Of a DNA stretch of 64,000 nt, positions 11,108-21,984 are shown one piece after another. Below the pieces are notes generated by a model that did no database searches, was not told where the DNA came from, and saw only the letters and a list, made by a program, of their open reading frames with translations. Position numbers and translations under genes: made by a program. This stretch comes from Selaginella moellendorffii. Its lineage: Eukaryota > Plantae > Lycopodiophyta. Numbering within the stretch: position 1 is the stretch's first letter; every line of letters starts with the position of its first letter. The stretch is from assembly GCF_000143415.4 (NCBI RefSeq), contig NW_003314273.1:2047249-2111248 (forward strand). Reading direction: 5' to 3'.

Positions 11108-13112
11108 TGTAATTAACCTTGGAAAAAGGGCAGTTGCTCAATGAGAGAGCCCTTAGTGGCTATTCCCTCAAGGTTTCAAGGATCCACGGTGACAGTATAT
11201 CCAAATCTCATCCCATGATCATATCCCCCGTTCAAAGATGTCAATGTTCTTATTGACTATTGATTAACAACCCCTACTGAGCCAAAGGGAACCAGCACCT
11301 CCATTTTCGCACTCAATCTACCAATCCTTCTATTGTGTAGACTAGTTATTCCAAGGACATTGACTATTGACTAACAACCCCTACTGAACCAAAGGGAACC
11401 AACACCTCCATTTTCGCACTCAATAGTAGGGGCCAAAGGGAACCAGCACTTCCATTTCCGCACTCAATCTACTAATCCTTCCATTGTCACTCAATCTACC
11501 ATTGTGTAGACTAGCTATTCCAAGGACATTAACAATCTCATCCCATGATCACATGCGCTACACTCACCCCCCCTTCAGAGATGTCAATGTCCTCATTGAC
11601 TATTGACTAACAACCCCTACTGAGCCAAAGGGAACCAGCACTTCCATTTCCGCACTCAATCTACCAATCCTTCGATTGTGTAGACCAGCTATTCCAAGGA
11701 CATTGACTATTGACTAACAACCCTTACTGAGCCAAAGGGAACCAACACCTCCGGGAACCAACACTTCCATTTCTGCACTCAATAGTAGGGGCCAAAGGGA
11801 ACTAACACTTCCATTTCCACACTTAATCTACTAATCCTTCCATTGTCACTCAATCTATCAATCCTTCCATTGTGTAGACCAGCTATTCCAAGGACATTGA
11901 CTATTGACTAACAACCCCTACTGAGCCAAAGGGAACCAACACCTCCGGGAACCAACACTTCCATTTCTGCACTCAATCTACTAATCCTTCCATTGTCACT
12001 CAATTTACCAATCCTTCTATTGTGTAGATCAGCTATTCCAAGGACATTGACTATTGACTAACAACCCCTACTGAGCTAAAGGGAACCAGCACCTCCATTT
12101 CCGCACTCAATCTACCAATCCTTCTATTGTGTAGATTAGCTATTCCATGTGAGGCAAAAATCCACCCCAATCCTTCCATTGTGTAGACTAACTATTCCAA
12201 GGCCATTGCAACCCCTACTGAGCCAAAGGGAACCAACATCTTCATTTCTGCACTTAATCTACCAATCCTTCCATTGTGTAGACTAGCTATTCCATGTGAG
12301 GTGAGCCAAAGGGAACCAGCACCTCCGGAACCAACACTTCCATTTCCGCACTCAATCTACTAATCCTTCCATTGTCACTCAATTTACCAATTTTTCCATT
12401 GTGTAGACCAGCTATTCCAAGGACATTGACTATTGACTAACAACCCCTACTGAGCCAAAAGGGAACCAACACTTCCATTTTCGCACTCAATCTACCAATC
12501 CTTCCATTATGTAGACCAGCTATTCCATGTGAGGCAAAAATCCACCCCAATCCTTCCATTGGTGTTCCATTTCCGCACTCAATCTACCAATCCTTCCATT
12601 ATGTAGACCAGTTATTCCATGTGAGGCAAAAATCCACCCCAATCCTTCCATTGTGTAGACCAGTTATTCCAAGGACATTGCAACCCCTACTAAGCCAACC
12701 CCTACTAAGCCAAAGGGAATCAGCATCTCCATTTCCGCACTCAATCTACCAATCCTTCTATTTCCGCACTCAATCTACCAATCTTTCCATTGTGTAGACT
12801 AGTTATTCCATGTGAGACAACTAGTTATCCACCCGTACCGCAGTCCCACGGTGGATACCTTCGTACGATTTTCAAATTTAGGGGTAGGAATATACCTTGC
12901 TCAAGGGTAATCAATGAGAATCGAATCCGTGTTATTTGCTTCGATACCAACTATAACACACTTTATCTCTCTCCCCTTAAGCCAACTGGAAAAGGGGCAA
13001 TTTCTTGATAAGAGAACCCTTAGTGGCTATTTTATCCCCATTTATCCCCCAAGGTTCCAAGCTCTATGGTGACAGTATATCCAAATCTCATCCCATGATC
13101 ACATGCGCTACA
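11108..13112 (-). mobile_element. TRIM-like non-coding LTR element with an internal satellite
   Basis: 5' LTR 12952-13112 (TGTAGCGC..) followed by a Met-type PBS TGGTATCGAAGC (12938-12949). An LTR-start fragment with its PPT sits at ~11535-11576 (catgcgctaca|ctcacccccccttc). A second, truncated LTR copy is at ~11119-11221. No ORF; no TSD found. Confidence 0.7.
11252..12815. repeat. Modular tandem array, unit ~105 bp, roughly 12-15 full or partial units
   Basis: Recurring ttgactattgactaacaacccctactgagccaaagggaaccagcacctccatttccgcactcaatctaccaatccttccattgtgtagaccagctattccaaggaca, with shuffled sub-modules. Confidence 0.95.
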
Positions 13113-14046
13113 CTTAGGTCCTTTTTATATTATTTACAAAAAAATTTATTCTCATGAGTTTCCATAGTATTTTCTTTGTAATAACAAAAAATAAAGACTA
13201 GATAAGCTTGGATAATTATGTAGCAATCTTATCATAAACTGACATAACACATTTATTAAGATGAGAGTTTTCTTGACATAAATTTTATGTATGTGGCAAT
13301 ATATGATCTGATCACTTTTTTTTAATTGTTTGTAGTGTTCACATTCAACTCTGTTGTTATTTACTTAATTAAATTTTAATAATATTAAAACAAATGCTAC
13401 AATGCCATAGTATATTATAGTTTTTCTATTTAGGCTGCAATCAAAATTAAAATTTCAATTAATTAAAAATTCAATTGATAACATACTACAGCTACAAAAT
13501 TTTGTTACATTATTGTGCTTGAAGTGCAATAATCATGATAAACCCTAACTTGCTAGTAAACCCTAAACCTTATATATAAATAAACAAGAAATAAGCTGCT
13601 ATAGTCATGCAAGATAAGGTTTTGCTTAACTTGGGTGAAGTTTAATTCAAAGTGTCAGTTGACAAGTGTTATTCCAAGAACATCTCGTGGTATGGGGTGA
13701 TCCGCTGGAACTTATTCTTGAGCATCTGAATTGGAGGGTTGGGATTTTTGTTTTGGACAACAGCTGGGCAACTGCAAAGGGAGAGCTTGAAGCCATGTAT
13801 CCATGCTTGGTAGTGGACATTGCTTTTGTCACATTGTCACTGTTGTTAAATGCTTAAATTTATGGTTTGCTCTGATAACACTCAGTGAGTTCTTCCTGAT
13901 CAGCCAGATTACGACCTTTTCCAATATCATCATGTCATGTTCATGACTATTTTTCACTTTGTGGGGCCATTTATGAAAACAGAAATCAAGAGGTCCACTC
14001 ATCGGGCATCTGCAACAAGCGGGTCCTTGTTGAGCTGCGGGTGGCA

Positions 14047-14503
14047 CTTAGTTGCCGTGGCAGCATCCTGATCCCTTTGGCTGTGAGTGGTGAATATAGC
14101 TCCACATGTAGCATCCATCTAGAACATCTTGCATATTTTGTGAATCTGTACATTTTTTTTATAGAATATTACAAACAAGCAGTTACGTTGTTTGATTTCC
14201 GATTCAAGTAAGTGCTGCTGCTTCTCTCGCGATACGACTGCATGATTGTTTTGTGGGATATATGAGTAGTAATGTTCATAAGCTGTAGGTATCCAACTTA
14301 CTGTATCACCTATGAAAATTCAAGTCTAGATAAAATCAAGTCATAGACACTATTTATTTATGATTTTCATTTCTGTTCAGCTCATTACCATAAAGGATGT
14401 GAATAGGAACAGGCTGCGATGTAAGAGAACACAACTAATGATTGACATTGTTTGACTATCGTGTATCTTCATCTTCACATGATAATACGAACAAGTGGAT
14501 AAT
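14047..14503. repeat. Diverged duplicate of the PPO 3'-flanking segment 8346-8635
   Basis: Shared cttagttgccgtggcagcatcctg, tgttcagctcatta, taatgattgacattgttt and gaacaagtggataat in the same order. Confidence 0.85.
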
Positions 14504-15179
14504 GGTTATCTACCGCTTACAAGGAACACCATGCTTGTGGTTAGTGCTAGTCAAGTCAGCAGAGTTATATATATAAGAGTTTCAAGAGTCTTTAATATAG
14601 GGCATTTTTGGGGCAACTGTCAATTTGCAATTCTCAATTCAGCTCCAGCAACAATTCATGGTACGGAGTGAGCCATGTGCGGCGATAAGCATTAGTTAAG
14701 GAACTGCATAGAAAGCTTAAAGCCGTGTATCCATTATCAATAGAGCATATTGCTCTTTAGGCATTCGTGACCATAATGCAACATGCTTAAATTTAAGTTT
14801 TTTTAGCCAACCAGCAGGGATCATCCAGATTGAGGAACCGTCTTCACAATATTCAACAAAATTCGTGCAAGACTTTTTTCTTTCACATGTTTCATGATGT
14901 GAAAGCATACCAGGAATTACACGCTTTAAGTTAGCTTAGGTTTCGGAACAATCTGGCCCTTATCAGTAAGTGGTCCACTCAACGGGCATCTACAGCGAGC
15001 GGGTTATTTGGTGAGTGGATGGGATGTTGTCTAGAGGGATGTTGTGATTATGTGGTTAGGAGTGATTTTAGTTGCATCTGATAGTCACAGTGAGCATTTC
15101 CATGACGACTCTGCACCACGTCTTCTATCAGATGTGAATTCATAGTTAGAGATCCAAATTTCCAAAAGCAAGAACATTT

Positions 15180-15515
15180 TCAGGCAGCTAAACTCAATAG
15201 ATTTTCAGTCATGGATTCCACACTCGTAATTGAACAAGGGCCCCAGCGCGTAATTGAGCAAGGTGTTATTGTTATTGAGCCTGGCAAGCTCAAGGTCGAC
15301 TGGCACATTCCAATCTTGGCGCAGATCTCGTCGTCATCGAGCACAGCTTCCAGATTTGCCAACACCTGTGGCCCATACTCCACCACCAGCAGCTTGCACT
15401 GCACAGAAACATGTCACACTCGCCTCCTTTAAAAACCAGCTCGAATTGCCATTACCTCATCCTCATGGTTGTGCAATTTCTGGCAGTTGGCCAGCAGGAA
15501 TTCAATCAGCTTCTC
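15180..15515 (-). pseudogene. Saposin-B-domain (prosaposin-like) gene fragment, two exons
   Basis: Exon 15515-15456 EKLIEFLLANCQKLHNHEDE, a 57-nt GT-AG intron, then an exon from 15398: CKLLVVEYGPQVLANLEAVLDDDEICAKIGMC. No upstream saposin exons were recognised. Confidence 0.7.
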
Positions 15516-16642
15516 CTGGTTGGTGATCGATCAAAGCACAAAAGCATTCAAGACGATAGCTTGGAAACGGTTTTCTTCTCGTCTCATGAACAGTGTTTTT
15601 GGATGTTTCAAGGAGAAAGGTGGCTTCAAGGAATATGTGCTTGAGATATGTAAGGTACAAGTGAATGATTAGTTGCCATCTTTAAAGGGTGAATTAAATT
15701 TAGATATACTATCACTATGCATACTCGGGTGGCAATTGTACAAGTGACTATCAATTCATCAACAGCATAGGTTGTACCAACTTGTTTTCTGGTTTTCGGG
15801 ACTTATGACCATCGCAAGAGACACCAATGCTTGTAACTCGGGTGTCGGATGGCAAAGTGCCCTAATTGGCTGAAGTGTTAAGGAATGGATACTGGTATCT
15901 ATAATTGCCTAGCTAAACATTGTGATGCGTTCTCGTGAATCTCATCAATAAAACATCCAGTACTTTTATGAATTGGCCTTTGTGTAACTAGCAATTGCAC
16001 TTCGAGATGTGATAACTTATAAGTGGTCTGCCCTACCCCTTTCACTCCTGAAATAAGGCTTTCGTGCAGAGTGTTGCAGGTCATCTAGTTCTTATGTGTA
16101 AGCAAATGTTGGATGGAAAACTCCCACTGTCACAAACATGGATCACGATCAAACGCTCGAATTTCGTTGAAGTCTCGTTGAGCCTCTTCTGAAAGAAGGA
16201 AAATCCGAAAATCCAGAAAAGTCAACAATTAGATATAATTTGACTTCACTGACTGAAATAAAACCAGGATAAGGATGGTGTGGGGTTTGGCGAAGGTCCG
16301 GATTCCGGAACAATCCACTTGCGAAGAAATCTTGTTCCAATTCTGTGCAACAAGAGGACGTTAAAACAGTGTAAGAACTAACGTTCAGGGGCGTCTGAAA
16401 GAATCAGTAAGTGTGAACTCGATCACAAAGAAACTCTTGAGTGTTGATGCAAAACTGAAGATCATCGCCACCACCTAGCCAAAAGTAAAGCACGCCGCAC
16501 CCGACATCAGCTTAGTCAAGCTTGGAAAGTCGCTTCCAAACCAAGTCCGCGTACTTGGAGAACTACAAGATTATTTACACTCGTTTTCCTTTGCTCGAAA
16601 CTAATAACTAAGAAGCACTGTTTCAATTGAAGCAATTGGTAA

Positions 16643-18217
16643 TCAAGTTGGCACAGCCTTTTCCGCAACAAGAATGCTTCCCAAAACTGCGCAGTCTGAC
16701 GAGCTCAAACCATGCCGACTCCTTTGCGAGCCGAGAAATCCCCGGCGAGCAGCGCCATCCGGGACGTAAGGCATGGTTTCCAGGAGCTCTCTCGCCTGGC
16801 TCAATCTCCCAGTCCGTCCCAAAAGATCCAGCATCGAGCAGTAGTGTCTGGGCTGAGGCTTGACTCCACAGTCGCCGCTCATTGAAACGAAGATCTCGTG
16901 TCCCTCGCGAAGCCGCCCTGCGTGGCTGCAAGCAACCAAGGCACTCAAATACGCAACTTGGTCAGGGAGAAGCCCGTGCTGGATCATCTCACGAAAGAGA
17001 TCAGTCGCTTGCGCTCCATCGCCGGACTGGCTACACGCGGAGATCACCGACGTCCACGACACAACGTTCCATTCGGGCATTCTCTGGAAGATCCTCTTGG
17101 ATTCCTGGAGATTCCCGCGGTGGGAGAATGCCGCCAGGATGGAGTTCCAGGAGACGATGTCTCTCTCGGGCATGAGAGCGAGGATTTCTTGCGCGAGGCC
17201 CAGATGCCCTTGTTGGGTATATCCCGCAAGGAGCGAGTTCCAGGTCCATAGCTCCCACTCGGGCATACTCTCCAGCATCCATCTTGCTTCCTCGAGGTGC
17301 CCTCTTGACGCCATCGCCGCGATCATCGTGTTCCAAGTCACAAGATCGCGCTGCTGGAGCTGGGAGAAGATCTCACGAGCTTTATCCAGCTTATGGCGCG
17401 CGACAAGGAGGCCCAAGATTGCATTGGAGGAGACGACGCTGGGCTCGGGCATGGACTCGTAAATCTGGATTGAATCCGCGACATCGCCCCTCTGTGCGAG
17501 CGCCTGGATCATGATCGTCCATGCCACAGCATTGCGTTCGGGCATCTTGTCAAAGAGATCCAGGGCGGCGGCGAGATCTCTTGCCGCAAGACAAGCCTGG
17601 AGCATCGTCGCCCACGACACGAGATTGCGCTCTGGCATTTGGGCGAAGATCAAGCGAGCGCCACGAGCGTGATGATCTCCTTTCTGGGCATATGCTGCAA
17701 GCATAGTGTTCCAGGAGATTAGATCGCGCTCCGGCATACGATCAAACACCTCAATCACCCCATCCAGATCGCCAGTTTGCGCACAGACTGCCAGGATTGT
17801 GTTCCAGGAGACCACATCGCGCCTGACCATGGCGGCAAACAGCTTCTTTGCCTCGAAAAAATGCCCATTTTGGGCATACGCCGCGAGCATCGTGTTCCAG
17901 GAGAAGAGGTTCCACTCTGGTGCCGCATCAAAGACATTCTTGGCCTGCTCGATCTTGCCGCTTGCGCTAAACCCAAAGATCATGATCGTCCAGGAGAAGA
18001 CATTGCGATTGCTGATCCCAGCGAAGATCCCCCACGCAGCCTCCAGATCCCCGCACTTTCCAAACATCTCCACTGCCAGATTCGCAAGGAAGGTATCCCG
18101 GGAGAGATCGATCGCGGCAGACGCAAGGACCTCTCGGCCCCGTGCCAGATCTCTTCCATCGCCACATGATTTTAGGGCAGAGGCAATGCTTTCCCGGGAA
18201 AGAAAAGCATCTCGCAT
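16643..18217 (-). CDS. PLS-class PPR protein with a long run of 31-aa S-type motifs and a truncated E extension, no DYW
   Basis: Repeated MPERD/NxVSWNxMLxAYAQxG units, then AYLSALVACSHAG and HYCSMLDLLGRTGRLSQARELLETMP. Confidence 0.93.
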   Translation of the reverse strand: MRDAFLSRESIASALKSCGDGRDLARGREVLASAAIDLSRDTFLANLAVEMFGKCGDLEAAWGIFAGISNRNVFSWTIMIFGFSASGKIEQAKNVFDAAPEWNLFSWNTMLAAYAQNGHFFEAKKLFAAMVRRDVVSWNTILAVCAQTGDLDGVIEVFDRMPERDLISWNTMLAAYAQKGDHHARGARLIFAQMPERNLVSWATMLQACLAARDLAAALDLFDKMPERNAVAWTIMIQALAQRGDVADSIQIYESMPEPSVVSSNAILGLLVARHKLDKAREIFSQLQQRDLVTWNTMIAAMASRGHLEEARWMLESMPEWELWTWNSLLAGYTQQGHLGLAQEILALMPERDIVSWNSILAAFSHRGNLQESKRIFQRMPEWNVVSWTSVISACSQSGDGAQATDLFREMIQHGLLPDQVAYLSALVACSHAGRLREGHEIFVSMSGDCGVKPQPRHYCSMLDLLGRTGRLSQARELLETMPYVPDGAARRGFLGSQRSRHGLSSSDCAVLGSILVAEKAVPT

Positions 18218-18417
18218 ATTCCCAATACTTAAATTTTGCTCCTCTGTTTCCCTCTTTCTCTGTTCCTTGATTAGAAGTTACAGCGAAGAAAGCAAGATCC
18301 TTTCCTTGGGCGCGATTGTACGCCTTCGCGGAGCACGATATAATCACTCAGTCGCGATGGATCAATCAATTCGAGCCAATTCCTCCTCTTTCTCACCGCA
18401 CTCTGTCCGGATCAGCG

Positions 18418-19272
18418 ATGGCGAGGAGGAGAATGAGCAATATGGCTATGGCTGCCTTCAGTGGTATCACGCTCCTCTGTGGGATCGTGGTTCTGGGCAC
18501 CGGGATCTGGCTCTCCACCAAGCACAGCACCGATTGCGTCCGCTTCCTCGAGTGGCCGATCATCGTCCTGGGCGTCGCCATCACTCTAATCTCTCTGGCG
18601 GGGATTGCCGGCGCGCTGACGATGAACGGTGCGCTGCTCGCATTCTACACCATCTTCATGCTCATGGCGATCCTCACGCTCATGGCATTCGTCCTCTTCG
18701 CGTTCGTGGTGACCTCGGGCCAGAACGGCCATGGATTGGTGGGCAAAGTCTACAAGGAATTCGAGTTCAATGACTACTCCGACTGGCTCCGGAATCGCGT
18801 CGAGGATCACAAGAGCTGGAGCCTCATCACCCTCTGCCTCCGCGACGCCAAGACCTGCGACGACATGGCGGAGAGTTACAACACCCTGGACAAGTTCAAC
18901 ATGGCGGATCTCTCAGCGGTCGAGGTAAGCTCATCGAGCAATCTAAAGTTTCTTTCTTCCGAGAGCGATCGATCGATCGATTACTCGTGTTGTGATCAGT
19001 CTGGATGCTGCAAGCCTCCCTTCGCTTGCAATTACCAGTGGAGGAACGCCACCAACTGGTTCCACGCCCTCACTCCGGATGCCAATCCCGATTGCCGGCG
19101 CTGGAACAACGACGATCTCTGCTTCAACTGCGATTCGTGCAAGGCGGGGCTGCTCCAGCAAGTGAAGAGCCGCTGGAGGACCGTGGCGATCATCGACGTG
19201 GTGGTGCTGGCGATCTTGATCCTCGCGTACGCCCTCGCGCTGAGCGCGTTCCGGGGCGCCAAAGCAAGGTAG
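18418..19272 (+). CDS. Tetraspanin with one intron (18925-18999)
   Basis: Four TM helices, CVRFLEWP, YKEFEFNDYSDWL, plant GCCKPP motif, CFNCDSCKAG. The GTAAGC..TCAG intron is at the conserved E|SGCC position. Confidence 0.95.
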   Translation: MARRRMSNMAMAAFSGITLLCGIVVLGTGIWLSTKHSTDCVRFLEWPIIVLGVAITLISLAGIAGALTMNGALLAFYTIFMLMAILTLMAFVLFAFVVTSGQNGHGLVGKVYKEFEFNDYSDWLRNRVEDHKSWSLITLCLRDAKTCDDMAESYNTLDKFNMADLSAVEVSSSSNLKFLSSESDRSIDYSCCDQSGCCKPPFACNYQWRNATNWFHALTPDANPDCRRWNNDDLCFNCDSCKAGLLQQVKSRWRTVAIIDVVVLAILILAYALALSAFRGAKAR

Positions 19273-19749
19273 TGACGATCGTCTCCCTCGTTTTGCATTG
19301 TTTGTGCGGTGTGGATATTTGTTTTCCAAGTGTGCAAGGAAGAATATTCTAAGGGATAAGTTCGAAATTTGAAAGTTTGCGCGCGCGTTTCCAGGTTTTA
19401 GGGCACGGGTTTTAAGAGCACATGCCGCTCAGTGTGCGCAGTTATGTTGCGCAAACAAACCGAGAGCTCCCAAATCTGGAACTCCTGCCATGATCAGGCG
19501 CTGCGGTAACTCGCGCGCGACAGAATCAGATGCTACTGCCGCGCCCACGCCAAGAGTTACAATCAAAACAAAAGACCACCAGAAAATTCGGTCAAAAATC
19601 TTGCGCACAAGACCCATCAATCAATCCGGTCTCTCGCACTGAACCCAATTGAATGAAATGAATCGAGGCCCCCTCCCAAATGTTTGTGCCCGGCCCCAAG
19701 AACCCTAACCGCCAGCCGGGGGGGCTTAACGAGAAACCGTTCAAATCCA

Positions 19750-19920
19750 CAATCCAACGGCCCAGCATTAACTCCGGCCACGTGTCGCCAATGCCGGGGC
19801 TCACACTGCCCCCGCCACGCATCCGACGGCTCTGGGCTGGACAGGTGCCTCGACCGCGCAATGCCAATCCGACGGTGCACACTGTCCACGTGACACCGTC
19901 AGATGGCCATCCGACGGTTG
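19750..19920 (+). promoter_or_regulatory. cis-element cluster upstream of the PB1 gene: 3x ATCCGACGG, 1x TCCAACGG, 2x CACGTG
   Basis: Motifs read directly. Near-palindrome accgtcagatggccatccgacggt at ~19895-19918. Confidence 0.4.
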
Positions 19921-20103
19921 CGACCGGAAAAGGAGAAACGTTTATTTTTTGTATTTGGCCTAAAAATATGAAATTTCACTTGTGGTGTTGGGCGAGGAGG
20001 GAAAGAGAGGAGGAGAAGAAAAGAGAGGGTGTGATCGTCTCCTTTGAGTCAAGGTATGTGTATTTTTGATTATTCAGAGGAAGAAGAACAACAACGCCAA
20101 ACG

Positions 20104-21702
20104 ATGATCACCGTGAATTCCAAACAGCAACAACAGCCAGTAGCCGCAGGGGTAATGGACAGGGAGCACGATCACGATCAGCGTGATCGCGACCAAATGG
20201 AGGATGACAACGTCATGGGATCCGTGAATTCATCGTCGGTGGAGGACCAGAGCTCCGTCAAGTCGGAATCCCTGTCGCCGCCCTGCCCAAACTCCAAGAT
20301 CAAGATCATGTGTAGCTATGGCGGGAGGATTTTGCCGCGGCCGCACGACGGGCAGCTCCGCTACGTGGGCGGCGAGACGAGGATCTTGCTGTGGCAGCGG
20401 AGCATTTCCTTTGGGGAGATGATGGCCAAGCTCGTGGCGATGGTGGGGAGGAGCGTGGCGGTTAAGTACCAGCTCCCAAACGAGGATTTGGACGCGCTCA
20501 TCTCGGTGGTCTGCGAGGAGGATTTTGGGAGTATGATCGACGAGTATCTCCGGATGGAGGGCCGAGATAGCAGCGCTCGTCTCAGGCTCTTCTTGTTCTT
20601 CATTCCGGCACCGACTCCACCGTCATCGTCCTCTCCCAGACTGAGCGAATCGAGATCTCTGGACCAGCAGTTCATCGAAGCGCTGAATGGAATGCCGGTG
20701 GCGAGCGGTGGAAACTCTGGTGCTGCTCCTCGGCCATCCAGAGCTCTCGACGAGGATCTCGAGTGTGGTCGTCCTGTGAAGCCGATCAAGATGCACAGGC
20801 AGCTCTCGGCCACGGACAGGATCGCGGAGACGGCTTCCGGCTCGCCTAGCAGCAGGAGAGTATCACCGCGGACGTCTCCAAGAGCTCCCGACGAGTGCCC
20901 CTCGGTGAGGAGCGCTAGATCATCACTCCTCCAGCAGCAGCTGCAGGACTCTCTCCACGAGCCGTGCAAGCAGCTAGCAGTAGCGACGAGGGAGAATTCG
21001 GCTGGAAGGATCCCGCAGGAGATGATCGAGCCGGTGATGATACACCACTACTATCCAGGCACCGATCCTTGCTCGAGACAGGTCTTCAGCAACGAGCCAC
21101 CGACACCTCCGGACATGTCCAAAGTCGCCCACCACGAAGGAGAATCGCCCAAGAAGGCGGACCAGCACAGCCAAGATCTCCAGGCCGCCAATGGATTTAT
21201 CTGCGTTTCGACCACCTGGTGCGCAGGAAGCGAAATTCTTGTCAACCGGCAGTACAGTCCTGCTGCCGTCCACCATCGCCACGGCCACCCGATAGCTCCA
21301 GCGATATGTGATCAGCAGCTCTACCCGGTGATGGCGTCCGCCACCGCCTGCTGCTCCTGCCGGGAGACGAGAACTTCCAAGCCTGGCCCTTCTCCATCTC
21401 GGTTCCGTGACGGACTCCAGCAGCAGCAGCAGCCACAGCAGCAGATTTTTCACGAGCAAGTTGACGACAACACCAGGATGTTGTTGAGGCCGGTTTTAGT
21501 TCCACAGCAGCAGCACCAACAGCAGCAGCCATTTTATGAGCCTGTCCACCACCATCACCGTCTTGTAGCTGAAAAGAATGGCTCGAGACTGAGCGATTTG
21601 GACAGGCGTCATCACTTGAATCACCACCACCACCATCACCCACAGCAGCAGCAGCAACATCAGCCTCCACCACCACAGCAGCAGCAGCAGCAAACAAGCT
21701 AG
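20104..21702 (+). CDS. PB1 (octicosapeptide/Phox/Bem1p) domain protein with poly-Q/poly-H tail
   Basis: KIKIMCSYGGRILPRPHDGQLRYVGGETR..VKYQLPNEDLDALISVVCEED..RLRLFLF. The start codon is uncertain (20104 or 20156). Confidence 0.9.
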   Translation: MITVNSKQQQQPVAAGVMDREHDHDQRDRDQMEDDNVMGSVNSSSVEDQSSVKSESLSPPCPNSKIKIMCSYGGRILPRPHDGQLRYVGGETRILLWQRSISFGEMMAKLVAMVGRSVAVKYQLPNEDLDALISVVCEEDFGSMIDEYLRMEGRDSSARLRLFLFFIPAPTPPSSSSPRLSESRSLDQQFIEALNGMPVASGGNSGAAPRPSRALDEDLECGRPVKPIKMHRQLSATDRIAETASGSPSSRRVSPRTSPRAPDECPSVRSARSSLLQQQLQDSLHEPCKQLAVATRENSAGRIPQEMIEPVMIHHYYPGTDPCSRQVFSNEPPTPPDMSKVAHHEGESPKKADQHSQDLQAANGFICVSTTWCAGSEILVNRQYSPAAVHHRHGHPIAPAICDQQLYPVMASATACCSCRETRTSKPGPSPSRFRDGLQQQQQPQQQIFHEQVDDNTRMLLRPVLVPQQQHQQQQPFYEPVHHHHRLVAEKNGSRLSDLDRRHHLNHHHHHHPQQQQQHQPPPPQQQQQQTS

Positions 21703-21984
21703 CCCACTCTGCTAGTTTTGATTGATCGTTTAGCTGCTTGCTTTACTCGTCTAAAACTTTCCGTGTCAGATCTAAGTATAAGCGATGAAATAGTTTGTTT
21801 CTTGTCCCTCGTCCTCCTGTGGCTGAAAAGAGAAGGATCATATTTCCCGGACAAAGCAATTTGGCAGTACACACCTGGCGAGCTGCTTGCGTCCGCTTTT
21901 GCCACTCCTATGGCTACAAACTCTAACAAAGCTTTGCCGAGTTTGTCTGCAGCCATGTTGCTTGAGGAGCTTCACTTGCTTTTC

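Noticed and set aside
11252-12815. Repeat array as a CRISPR-like array
   Set aside because: There are no unique spacers, all modules recur, there are no cas genes, and the context is a eukaryotic LTR element.
17706-18773. 355-aa plus-strand ORF, and similar antisense ORFs over the PPO, PB1, HEXIM-like and tubulin genes
   Set aside because: Shadow frames of GC-rich coding sequence.
20054-20077. GTATGT..TTCAG micro-intron upstream of PB1
   Set aside because: 24 nt is below plausible spliceosomal size here, and there is no transcript evidence.
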